Below, piece by piece: positions 34,991 through 45,185 of a DNA stretch of 64,000 nucleotides (the first letter of the stretch is position 1; the number at the start of each line of letters is the position of its first letter). The stretch lies in contig CM126218.1 in assembly GCA_052327205.1 (NCBI GenBank), positions 21,266,001 to 21,330,000 on the forward strand, read 5' to 3'. Source of the DNA: Somniosus microcephalus (taxonomy: Eukaryota). Both the position numbers and the translations under genes were made by a program. Under the pieces are notes generated by a model. That model did not search any database, was not told where the DNA came from, and was given only the letters and a program-made list of their open reading frames with translations.

Positions 34991-35858
34991 GGGGGAAAAA
35001 TTCGGTTGCTTTACGCCTCCCATTAGCGCTCTAAGAGGGCGCTAATGGGGCACAAAGCAACTAGCACCCGAGCACGCCGATGTTTGCGGCGCTCGAGAAA
35101 TTGACCAAACATTTTGCAGCAGTGCTAAACACTACCGCTACAATCTCCTGCGCCCGCAGATCGTGACGTCAGTCGAGCATGCAACCAGACCGGATATTGA
35201 GTGGCCCCCCCTGCCTTTCCACCTGCCGCTAGCAACGACAGGTAGAGGGGAACATTTTGCAATCGGCAAGTGACTGGGGGAGCGCTATTTAAAGGCGGCC
35301 GTTTCCTGACTTTTTTTGTCGGCAACATTTTTGCACCAAGCATTCTGTGAGAGAGAGAGACTTCTGGAGAGAGCCAACGCTGTGTGAAGGAGTTTTGGGT
35401 ACTGAGCAGCACTTTGCAGGTTCATTTTGATTTGACCTTCCTTGCATCGATTCAGAAGAGACTATGGGGGCTGCACTCTGAGCTCTTTCCCTGGGCCTCT
35501 CCATTGTTCTTTCCAACAGATTTGATGTACAGCTCTCTCCAGGCCGAGATTCAAGGCTGCAATGAGTAGGGTGTGGATGGAGAGCAAAATCAACCCTTCC
35601 CTTTAAGAACTGGCCAGCGCCAGTGTGTCTGTGTTCCATTGCTGACTGACATCACATGAGCTTCGCCAGCACTCTGAGGTAGCTCCTCGGTGTTAGCACC
35701 TTAAGAGAGGTGTGTAGCGCCTGATTTAGTGCTCTAATCACCTCCAGGGGCGATAAAAGCCAAGTTTGCAGTCGGAGGCGAAAATTAGTGGCAGGCGCTA
35801 AACTTTGCGCCCGGCCGATAATTGCACCCCAAACGGGGCGATACCGAATTTCTCCCCC
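34991..35858 (+). mobile_element. Short non-autonomous Harbinger element, family A
   Basis: TIRs GGGGGAAAAATTCGGT / ACCGAATTTCTCCCCC, TSD ATA. Keeps only the transposase start (ATGGGGGCTGCA) and the Myb start. Inserted in the (GAGTCATA)n tail of a CR1. Confidence 0.87.
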
Positions 35859-37078
35859 ATAGAGTCATAACGGCACAGAAGGAGGCTATTCGGCCCATCG
35901 AGTCTGTGCTGGCTCTCTGTAGAGCAATCCAGTCAGTCCCATTCTCCCGCTCTATCCCCGTAGCCCTGCAAGTTTATTTCCCTCAAGTGCCTATCCAGTC
36001 TCCCCTTGAGTGTCTCCGCTTCCCCCACTTCCATCGGCAGCGAATTCGAGGTCATCACCACTCACTGAGTAAAAAGTGGACATCCCCCCTGTAACTCTTG
36101 CCCAAAACCTTACATCTGTGTCCCCTAGTCCTTGTACCATCAACTAGTGGGAACAGCAATTCCCCGTCTAGCATATCCAAACCCGTTATAATCTTGTACA
36201 CCTCTATCAAATCAACCCTCAACCTCCTTTGCTCTAATGAAAACAAATCCAGTTTCTCCAACCTGTCCTTGTAGCTAAGATCCCCCATCCCTGGAAACAT
36301 TCTGGTAAATCTCCTCTGCACCCTCTCAAGGGCCTTCACATCCTTCCTAAAGTGTGGTGACCAGAACTGGATGCAATACTCTAGTTGTGGCCTAACCAGC
36401 GCTTTATAAAGGTTCAGCATAACTTCGCTAATTTTTGTACTCAATACCTCTATTTATGAAGATCCCATATGTTTTGCTAACCACTCTCTCAATATGTCCT
36501 GCCACCTTCAGGGACCTATGCACATTAACTCCCAGGTCCCTCTGTCCCTGCACTCTTTAAAACGGTGCTATTAAGTGTATATTGCCTCTCCCTGTTCCTT
36601 CTGCCAAAATGCATCACCTCACACATCTCTGTATTAAATTCCATCTGCCCATTCTGCTAGCTTTTCTATGTCCTGTTGCAGTCAATTGGTAGCATCATCA
36701 CTGTTTGCCACACCCCCAAGTTTGGCGACATCAGCAAATTTAGAAATTCTACTTTGTATTCCAATATCCAGGTCATTTATATATATCAAAAAAAGCAGTG
36801 GCCCTAGCACTGACCCTTGGGGAAGACCACTGTCTACTATCCTTCAGTTTGAAAAACAGCCATTTACCACAACTCGCTGTTTTCTGTCCTTAAGCCAATT
36901 CTTTATCAAAGCTGCCACTGACCCACCCATTCCATGAGCCTCAATTTTGTTAACCAGCCTTCTATGTGGTACTTTGTCAAATGCCTTCTGAAAATCCATG
37001 TAGACAACATCCATTGCATTCCCTTCATCAATCCTCTCTGTTACTTCATCAAAAAATTCAATTCAATTAGTCAAATAC

Positions 37079-38209
37079 ATGTTGGAACAATCTTTGTTCC
37101 AGTCCTACTCGGGTCCCCTCCCTCACCTCTTTTTCCGATACATTGATGACTGTATCGGTGCCGTTTCCTGCTCTCGCCCCGAACTTGACAATTTCATTCA
37201 CTTTGCCTCCAATTTCCACCCTTCCCTCACCTTCACATGGTCCATCTCGGACTCTTCCCTTCCCTTCCTCGACTTCTCCGTCTCCATCTCTGGGGATAGG
37301 TTATCGACCAATATTTACTACAAGCCCACTGACTCCCACAGCTACCTGGACTACACTTCCTCCCACCCCGCTTCCTGTAAGGACTCTATTCCATTCTCCC
37401 AGTTTCTCCGCCTCCGCCGTATCTGCTCCGACGACGCCACCTTCCACACCAGTGCTTCAGACATGTCTTCCTTTTTCCGCAACCGAGGATTCCCCTCTAC
37501 TGTGGTTGACACTGCCCTCGACCGTGTCAGTTCTATCTCCCGCACTTCTGCCCTCACCCCTGCCCCTCCCTCCCGGAACCACGATAGGGTTCCCCTTGTC
37601 CTCACCTTTCACCCCACCAGCCTCCACATTCAACGGATCATCCTCCGGCATTTCCGCTACCTCCAAAGTGATCCCACCACCAAACGTATCTTCCCCTCCC
37701 CTCCCCTTTCAGCATTCCGCAGGGACCGCTCCCTCCGAGACACCCTAGTCCACTCCTCTATCACCCCAAACAGCCCTTCCTCTTCGCCTGGCACCTTCCC
37801 GTGCAAGCGGAGAAGATGTAACACCTGCCCCTATACCTCCCCCCTTCCCACTGTCCAGGGCCCCAAACACCCCTTCCAGGTGAAACAGCGATTTACTTGT
37901 ACTTCTCGCAATCTAGTATACTGTATTCGCTGCTCACGATGCGGTCTCCTCTACATTGGGGAGACCAAACGCAGATTGGGTGACCGCTTTGCGGAACACC
38001 TCCGTTCAGTCCGTAAGGGTGACCCCGAGCTTCCGGTCGCCTGTCATTTTAATTCACCGCTCCATTCCCACTCGGACCTCACCGTCCTTGGCCTCTTGTA
38101 TTGTTCCACGGAAGCTCAACGTAAACTCGAGGAACAGCACCTCATCTTCCGATTAGGCAGTCTGCAGCCTTCCGGACTCAATATCGAGTTCAACAATTTC
38201 AGATCATAA
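37079..38209 (+). CDS. Penelope RT C-terminal half + GIY-YIG endonuclease (5'-truncated, uninterrupted)
   Basis: FFRYIDD, LPFLD, YYKPTDSHSYL, CKRRRCNTC zinc linker, LVYCIRC...LYIGETKRRLGDRFAEH...GLN. Confidence 0.9.
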   Translation: MLEQSLFQSYSGPLPHLFFRYIDDCIGAVSCSRPELDNFIHFASNFHPSLTFTWSISDSSLPFLDFSVSISGDRLSTNIYYKPTDSHSYLDYTSSHPASCKDSIPFSQFLRLRRICSDDATFHTSASDMSSFFRNRGFPSTVVDTALDRVSSISRTSALTPAPPSRNHDRVPLVLTFHPTSLHIQRIILRHFRYLQSDPTTKRIFPSPPLSAFRRDRSLRDTLVHSSITPNSPSSSPGTFPCKRRRCNTCPYTSPLPTVQGPKHPFQVKQRFTCTSRNLVYCIRCSRCGLLYIGETKRRLGDRFAEHLRSVRKGDPELPVACHFNSPLHSHSDLTVLGLLYCSTEAQRKLEEQHLIFRLGSLQPSGLNIEFNNFRS

Positions 38210-38573
38210 GCTCGGCCCCCATTTCATTTTCTCTTGTAATTGTTCCACTCCTTTCCCCCCCCCCCTTTCCTTTTGTTTCTCTCTCGCACCTGGCAGCTAT
38301 CTTTTGCCCTGCCAGTACACTTTACACCTAATCCCAGCCTATTACTATCTCGTCTAGCTTCTAATCTCTTTTACTTCTTTTGTTTCTTTTATTCTTTTGT
38401 CCGATCGCAGCCCTGCCTCCGATCTGGTTTCTTTTCTTTCCAGTTTTGAAGAAGGGTCCAACCCGAAACGTCAACTCAAATTTCTCTCCATGGATGTTGC
38501 CTGACCTGCTGAGTTTTTCCAGCATTTTCTGTTGTTATTTCGGATTTCCAACATCTGCAGTATTTTGCTATCG
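37086..38573 (+). mobile_element. Penelope-like element (PLE), 5'-truncated, with 3' pLTR
   Basis: 10-bp TSD TACATGTTGG (37076-85, 38574-83), RT-GIY-YIG ORF, then a pLTR with a hammerhead-like motif. Confidence 0.9.
38442..38476 (+). ncRNA. Minimal type-I hammerhead-ribozyme-like motif in the Penelope pLTR (U at core position 3)
   Basis: Stem I AGTT/AACT, core TTGAAGA, stem II GGGT-CCA-ACCC, then GAAAC-GTC with palindromic ACGT stem III. An identical copy lies at 45737-45771. Confidence 0.6.
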
Positions 38574-41055
38574 TACATGTTGGCTATCCTTAATTAGCTT
38601 AAACGTCTCCAAGTTCCCGTTAATTTTTTCCTTGACTATTGTCTCTAAAACTTTACCCGCCATTGATGTTAAACTGACAGGCCTGTAGTTATTAGAATTG
38701 TCCTTACACCCTTTCTTGAACAATGTATTTGTCACTTTCCAGTCCTCAGGCATCTCCCCCACATCTAGGGAAGACTGGAAAATTATGGCAAGCTCTTCCA
38801 TTATCTCCTCCCCTAATTCCCTTAGCAACCTGGGATGCAAGCCATCTGGACCAGGTGACTTGTCCACTCTAAGCATACCCAGCCTTATTAGTACATCCTG
38901 TCTATCAATTTTCACCCATTCCATTGCTTCTACCTTTTCCACTTTTACCGATATTTTGTCAGCATCCACCTCCTTAGTAAACACTGATACAAATTACTCA
39001 TTGAGTATTCTAGCCTTGCCCTTCGCCTCTAAGCATATACCACCTTCTTTGTCTCTAATAGGCTCCACCCCGCCTCTTACCACCCGCTTACTGTGTACAT
39101 GCCGGTAGAATATTTTTGGGATCCCTTTTATGTTAATCACCATTCTACTCTCATATTTTCTCTTTGCCAATCTTATTTTTATCTTCACTTCACCTCTCAA
39201 CTTATTGTATTTGGTCTGGTTCTCCCTTGATGAATTCACCTGACAAGCATCATACACCCTTATTTTTGCTTCATCATCTTCTCTATCGCCCTCGTCATCC
39301 ACGGAGCCCTTGCTTTGGTTCCCTTACCCTTGATGGGGATGTGTTGAGTGGCACAGCAGCGTGAGGTTGAGTGTGGCTTTGCAGTAACGTTCTGTGATCT
39401 ACTGAGGTCATTGAAAGGCTTGCACCACTGGTCCTCCTGATGACATCCCTGCTTCTGTCCTCTTGTGAAATGTGCAACCAGGCTGTGTTGATCTCCTGGG
39501 GAGGTCTCTACCGCCCATAGGAAGGGAAGAGAACCTCCCTGTGTGCTGTGACTCCCTCCATAAGCATATGGAGGGAGTCATGGGAAGGGCCTGGGTGCAG
39601 CCGTGCACCTTTGTGCAGTGCTTGTTAGTGTTTGCAGCACCTCAATGCTGTAGAACACTGACAGCACAAATGTCAAAATCAGTTTGCACATGGTCTCTTT
39701 AAGGAAACCAGCTGATGATGCATCATAAAGTGACGTCATCAGACCCGCTTCCTTCAATTGGCCGGCAAATGCATTGGGCAGGCTTAACAGGCCCAATCAA
39801 TGTAAAATCACTTTGGAGAGCGGGCTGGAGCTAGCAGCAGGGTCAGGACCCTCCACTGACCCCGGCTGCACCGGATCCGCCGAGGTAGGGGAAATCACGG
39901 CCCTAATGTGAAAGGAATCTCGAGAATGACCCTGCATCTGATGGCCTATACCTCCACAACCTACTCCCTGCCCTTACGTACACGATTTTACATTTTTTTG
40001 AGCAATTTAAAAAATATTTATTGTGCACCTACCTGCTCTGTATTCAATTACATTGACAGAAATATATCATAATCTTTTCTGACAACAGGTTAATTTCTTG
40101 TGCAGTATAGTTTACAGTACTCATTATTAATTTCAGTCATACTTCTATGCTTTGTACTCTTACTGTTGCTTCTTTCTGGAAGTTACCACAGAGTTAGGAG
40201 ATTAAGGAAATATGGTCAATATTTTTATGGAATTTCAGAAGACATTTGATAAGATGCCACATATGAGATATGTTATTAAATCTATGGTGCCTGGTATCTA
40301 GTATCGAGCATGGCTAGAGAGATGGCTGGAAGATAGAAAGTAAGGGGGTATTTTTTTCATATTGACAGAATGTGTGTAATGATATGCCCCAGTAATCTGT
40401 GCTAAGACCTCATTACATCATTATGTAAATGATTTGAACACAGCCATAAAAGGAATGATATTGGAGTTTGTTAATGGAACCAAATTATGGAACACATCAA
40501 ACTGTGAGGAAGAATTCAGGAAATTGCAGGAAGACATAGCTTAACCTGATAAGTGTCAGATGCCATTTATAGCAGAGAAATGTGAACTGGTACATTTTAA
40601 GAAAAAGAATAGTGGAAGAAACGACACCCTAAATGATAATATTCTTTGCAGTGAAGGAACAGAGATCTGTAGGGGTGTGGATAGATCTTTAGAGGTGGGA
40701 ATAGTGCACATAGAAAATACAAATGGATTTTTGGTTTTATACATAGGGACATAAATAAAAGCAAGAAATTGATGTTGAGTTTTGTACAAGACAGTGACCA
40801 GGCCACAGTTAGAGTAATGCGAGTTGTACTGGACACCCCAATATAGGAAGGGTAGTAGAACCATAGAAAGAATACAGTGAAGGTTAACTAGAATTATACC
40901 AGTAATGAGAGGTTATAGTTATGAAAGGCTCAAAACATTGGGGCTATTTTATTGGAACAGCGAAGATTAAGGGACAACAGAAAATGCTGGAAAAACTCAG
41001 CAGGTCAGGCAACATCCGTGGAGAGAAATTTGAGTTGACGTTTCGGGTTGGACCC

Positions 41056-41290
41056 TGATGCGCCATCAATTACTCAAAAGACTGAAGTTGAGCGAGTAAC
41101 AATCAGGCTTTTATTAACTAAAGAATGAAGGTCTTGTCTCGAGTGGTCGACCCGTCCAGAATACTAAGGGACTGGGAGGTAGTCACTTATATACCTGGAA
41201 TAGTGGGAGGAGTCAGCCGAGGCATGTCCAGACCTGTACCTAGTGGAATACACATACAGACACAGACAGGTATGACAGTGGTTTACCACA
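41056..41290 (-). repeat. 3' LTR
   Basis: Direct repeat of 45186-45420, preceded in element sense by the PPT. Confidence 0.95.
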
Positions 41291-41333
41291 TTCACCCCTT
41301 GTTTAAAAATGAGTCCGGCGGGGTGAAGTGTAT

Positions 41334-44300
41334 TTAAAAGTTCGTGTATTGGAGTCTCTCCGGAGGTCTTGTCTGCCGCTGTGATCGACGTGGCGACGGC
41401 AGGGGTGGTGGAGCTTCCGGCGTCGCGTCCCGTGTAGGCTGGGGCCCTGGAGTGTAGTCCTCATGGGTGACGGTCCAAGGCGAGCCGGCTGCTGGGGTTG
41501 GATATCGGGTCGTGGGGGGGGGTGGTAATGGGTAGTGGGTTACAGCGGTCCCCGAGGGTGCGAGGTCTCGTATGGAGACTGTGTCCTCCCGCCCGTCCGG
41601 GTACGCAATGTAAGCGTACTGGGGGTTGGCGTGGAGGAGGTCGACCCTCTCGACCAGGGGGTCCGTTTTATTGGCCCTCACGTGTCTTCTCAGTAGTACC
41701 GGCCCTGGGGACGTCAGCCATGGCGGTAACGATGTCCCCGATGTGGACTTCCTTGGGAAGACAAACATTTTCTCGTGAGGGGTGGCATTGGTGGCAGTGC
41801 AGAGAAGTGACCGAATCGAGTGGAGCGCATCGGGGAGCACCTCCTGCCAGCGGGAGGTCGGAAGGCCCCTAGACTTTAAGGCTAGTAGGGCAGCCTTCCA
41901 AACAGTTGCATTCTCTCTTTCCACCTGTCCGTTCCCCCGGGGGTTGTAACTGGTGGTCCTGCTTGTGGCTATACCCCTAGCGAGCAGGTACTGGCGGAGT
42001 TCGTCGCTCATAAACGATGAGCCCCGGTCGCTATGGATATAGCTGGGGAAACCGAACAGGGTGAAGAGGCTGTTCAGACATTTAATGACCGTGGCACTGG
42101 TCATGTCCGGGCAGGGGATAGCGAACGGGAACCGGGAGTACTCGTCAATGATGTTGAGGAAGTACACATTGCGGTCGGAGGAGGGGAGAGGCCCTTTAAA
42201 ATCGACGCTCAGGCGTTCGAAAGGGCGAGTGGCTTTTATCAGGTGGGCTCTGTCTGGTCTATAAAAGTGCGGTTTGCACTCAGCGCAGACTTGGCAGTTC
42301 TTGGTCATGGTCCTGACCTCCTCAATGGAGTAAGGCAGGTTGCGGGCCTTGATGAAGTGGAAGAACCTGGTGACCCCCGGGTGGCAGAGGTCATTGTGGA
42401 GGGCCCTCAGCCTATCGATCTGCGCGCTGGCGCAGGTGCCACGCGATAGGGCATCTGGGGGTTCATTGAGCTTCCCAGGCCGGTACAAGATCTCGTAATT
42501 GTAGGTGGAAAGTTCGATTCTCCACCTCAAGATCTTGTCATTTTTGATTTTGCCCCTCTGCTTGTTGTTGAACATAAAAGCAACTGAACGCTGGTCAGTG
42601 AGCAGGGTAAATCGTTTTCCGGCCAGGTAGTGCCTCCAATGACGCACAGCCTCCACGATAGCCTGGGCCTCCTTCTCGACCGCGGAGTGTCTGGTCTCCG
42701 GGCCCTGGAGGGTTCGTGAGAAGAATGCCACAGGTCTCCCCGCCTGATTAAGGGTGGCGGCCAGAGCGAAGTCGGACGCATCGCTTTCCACCTGGAAGGG
42801 GATGGATTCGTCCACTGCGTGCATGGTGGCTTTGGCAATGTCTTCCTTGATACGGTGGAAGGCTAAGCGGGCCTCTGCCGTCACGGGAAAAGAGGTGGAC
42901 TTGATCAGCGGACGGGCTTTGTCTGCATAGTAGGGGACCCACTGAGCGTAGTAGGAAAAAAACCCTAGGCACCTCTTCAGAGCTTTTAGGCAGTGGGGCA
43001 GTGGGAGTTCCATAAGGGGACGCATCCGGTCCGGGTCGGGACCGATGACCCCGTGTTCTACAACACAGCCAAGGATGGCGAGGCGGTCTGTGCGGAATAT
43101 GCACTTCTCCTTGTTATATGTCAGGTTCAGGAGTTGGGCGGTGCGGAGGAATTTCTCGAGGTTTGCGTCATGGTCCTGCAAGTCATGGCCGCAGATGGTC
43201 ACATTATCTAGGTAAGGGAAAGTGGCCTGCAGCTCGTTTTGATCGACCATCCGGTCCATCTCCCTTTGGAAGATGGAGACCCCGTTGGTAACGCCGAAGG
43301 GAACCCTAAGGAAGTGATAGAGGCGGCCGTTTGCCTCAAAAGCAGTATACTGGCGGTCTTCAGGGCTGATGGGGAGCTGGTGGTACGCTGATTTCAGGTC
43401 AATGGTCGAAAAGACGCGGTACTGCGCGATCTGGTTGACCATGTCAGCTATGCGGGGGAGTGGGTAGGCGTCCAGCAGGGTGTAGCGGTTTATTGTTTGG
43501 CTGTAGTCGATGACCAGGCGTTGTTTCTCGCCGGTCTTAACGACCACAACCTGGGCTCGCCAGGGGCTGGAGCTGCCCTCAATAATCCCCTCCTTCAGGA
43601 GCCGTTCCACTTCGGTTTTGATGAAAACCCTGTCCCCGGCACTGTATCGCCTGCTCTTTGTGGCGATGGGCTTACAGTCGGGGGTGAGGTTAGCAAACAG
43701 TGGGGGGGGTGGGACTCTGAGTGTGGAGAGGTTGCATCTAGTGCGCGGCGGGCAATTTGGAGGCTGCTGGCTGCGGACTGTGAGTGGGGGGAGGGGGCCA
43801 CCGTACGCCATCGTAACGCTTTTGAGGTGGCACTGGAAATCCAACCCCAGTAGAACGGCAGCGCAGAGGTCGGGCAGGACCAGGAGTTTAAAATTATTGA
43901 ACACAGTCCCGTCTACTACTAGTGTCACCACGCAGTAGCCGCCAATGTCCGCTGACTGGGACTCGGAGGCCATAGAAATCCGCTGGTGCGCAGGCAGGAC
44001 TGGGAGAGAGCAACGCCGCACCGTGTCGGGGTGGATGAAGCTCTCTGTGCTCCCGGAGTCAAAAAGGCAGTTTATTGCATGGCCGTTTACCTTAACGTCC
44101 ATTTTGGACCGAGCTAGCTGGTGCGGTCTCGTTTGGTCCAGCGTCACAGAGGCCAGCGTAGGGGTCGGTGTGTCGCTGCGAGTATCAGATGGGGGGGGGT
44201 TGGCGGTCTGCTGCGTCCCGGCTGGTGTCCAAGATGGCGGCGCCCATGATTCCCATGTGGCTGGAGTCGTCCAAGATGGCTGCTGCTGCGGTGGTTCGCA

Positions 44301-45161
44301 CATGGCTGGGGAGGCCCAAGATGGCGGCTCGCACGGCCCACACGCGGCGCTGCTGGCGTTCGGGGTGGCTTTGGCCTTGCAGACGCTGGCGTAGTGTCCC
44401 TTTTTCCCACAGCCCGAGCAGGTTGCATTCTTCGCCGGGCAGCGCGCTCTGGGGTGTTTGGCCTGGCCACAGAAGTAGCATTTCTGGCCTTGGGATACTG
44501 CTGTCTGGCTTTGGGACACTGCTGCGGTAGTTGGGCCGTTGTTGGGCTGTGGCTGGGGTGGCACGGTGCTATGGGGCTGTCCTACCGTGTCCCAGGTTGT
44601 CGTTCCCCGCGGCGTCCACGGTGCAGAGGAGTAGGCATCCATGCCCCGGAAGGCTGCGTCCAGCGTTAGTGCGATGTCGGAGGCTTTGTCGAGGGTGAGG
44701 TCACTCTGCTCCAGCAGTCGCTGTCTGGTGTAGTTGGACCTGTGGCCCGCTACGAAGGCATCCCGGATCAGTTCCTCCGTGTACTTAGTGGGCGTTACCG
44801 CCTTACACCCACAGGCCCGGCCAAGCACGGACAGTGCTTGGAGGTATTCCTCAGTCGATTCCCCAGGTTGTTGCTTGCGACTCCCCAGAAGGTGCCTAGC
44901 GTATACTTCGTTCACAGGGCGCGTGTACTGGGTCTTGAGGAGCTGGAGGGCGGCTGTGTACGAGGTCGCATCCCGGATGACTGAGTACACTCGGTGGTTC
45001 ACCTTGGAGAACAGGACAGACAGTTTGTCCGCATCCGTTTCGACCGCAGTGGAGGCAGTCAGGAATGTCTCGAAGCACGTGAGCCAGTGAGCAAACTTGG
45101 TGGAAGCGTCCGCTTCCTGACTGTCCAGGTCCAGGCATGCTGGTGTGAGGATCTTCTCCAT
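41334..45161 (-). CDS. gag-pol: Gag-Pol polyprotein (1275 aa): Gag with 2 CCHC knuckles, protease, RT, RNase H, integrase
   Basis: CYFCGQAKHPRARC and CSGCGKKGHYASVC. LFDSGS. RLVIDYS, YPLP, IDLKSAYHQ, VPFGVTNG, YLDN. VESDASDFALAA. HNDLCH..CQVC, SVDFKG, HSDRGSSF, GQVERENA. Confidence 0.95.
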   Translation of the reverse strand: MEKILTPACLDLDSQEADASTKFAHWLTCFETFLTASTAVETDADKLSVLFSKVNHRVYSVIRDATSYTAALQLLKTQYTRPVNEVYARHLLGSRKQQPGESTEEYLQALSVLGRACGCKAVTPTKYTEELIRDAFVAGHRSNYTRQRLLEQSDLTLDKASDIALTLDAAFRGMDAYSSAPWTPRGTTTWDTVGQPHSTVPPQPQPNNGPTTAAVSQSQTAVSQGQKCYFCGQAKHPRARCPAKNATCSGCGKKGHYASVCKAKATPNASSAACGPCEPPSWASPAMCEPPQQQPSWTTPATWESWAPPSWTPAGTQQTANPPPSDTRSDTPTPTLASVTLDQTRPHQLARSKMDVKVNGHAINCLFDSGSTESFIHPDTVRRCSLPVLPAHQRISMASESQSADIGGYCVVTLVVDGTVFNNFKLLVLPDLCAAVLLGLDFQCHLKSVTMAYGGPLPPLTVRSQQPPNCPPRTRCNLSTLRVPPPPLFANLTPDCKPIATKSRRYSAGDRVFIKTEVERLLKEGIIEGSSSPWRAQVVVVKTGEKQRLVIDYSQTINRYTLLDAYPLPRIADMVNQIAQYRVFSTIDLKSAYHQLPISPEDRQYTAFEANGRLYHFLRVPFGVTNGVSIFQREMDRMVDQNELQATFPYLDNVTICGHDLQDHDANLEKFLRTAQLLNLTYNKEKCIFRTDRLAILGCVVEHGVIGPDPDRMRPLMELPLPHCLKALKRCLGFFSYYAQWVPYYADKARPLIKSTSFPVTAEARLAFHRIKEDIAKATMHAVDESIPFQVESDASDFALAATLNQAGRPVAFFSRTLQGPETRHSAVEKEAQAIVEAVRHWRHYLAGKRFTLLTDQRSVAFMFNNKQRGKIKNDKILRWRIELSTYNYEILYRPGKLNEPPDALSRGTCASAQIDRLRALHNDLCHPGVTRFFHFIKARNLPYSIEEVRTMTKNCQVCAECKPHFYRPDRAHLIKATRPFERLSVDFKGPLPSSDRNVYFLNIIDEYSRFPFAIPCPDMTSATVIKCLNSLFTLFGFPSYIHSDRGSSFMSDELRQYLLARGIATSRTTSYNPRGNGQVERENATVWKAALLALKSRGLPTSRWQEVLPDALHSIRSLLCTATNATPHEKMFVFPRKSTSGTSLPPWLTSPGPVLLRRHVRANKTDPLVERVDLLHANPQYAYIAYPDGREDTVSIRDLAPSGTAVTHYPLPPPPTTRYPTPAAGSPWTVTHEDYTPGPQPTRDATPEAPPPLPSPRRSQRQTRPPERLQYTNF

Positions 45162-45185
45162 TATAAAAAATTTAGTTAATAAAAT

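Larger units (their letters stand above)
34982..39330 (-). mobile_element. Degenerate CR1 LINE containing the Harbinger MITE and a Penelope element
   Basis: LYKALVRPQLEYC, RVQRRFTRM (36055-36444) and [21 protein letters not shown] (38568-38984). The tail repeat GAGTCATA occurs on both sides of the MITE. Confidence 0.82.
33794..39903. mobile_element. Degenerate Harbinger element, family B, interrupted by a CR1 composite (~34982-39330)
   Basis: Termini GGGGGGGAATTTTAC / GGGAAATCACGGCCC with TSD TAA (33791-93, 39904-06). Parts 34100-34980 and 39331-39900 match the reverse complement of the copy at 47455-48850, including a Myb remnant. Confidence 0.75.
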
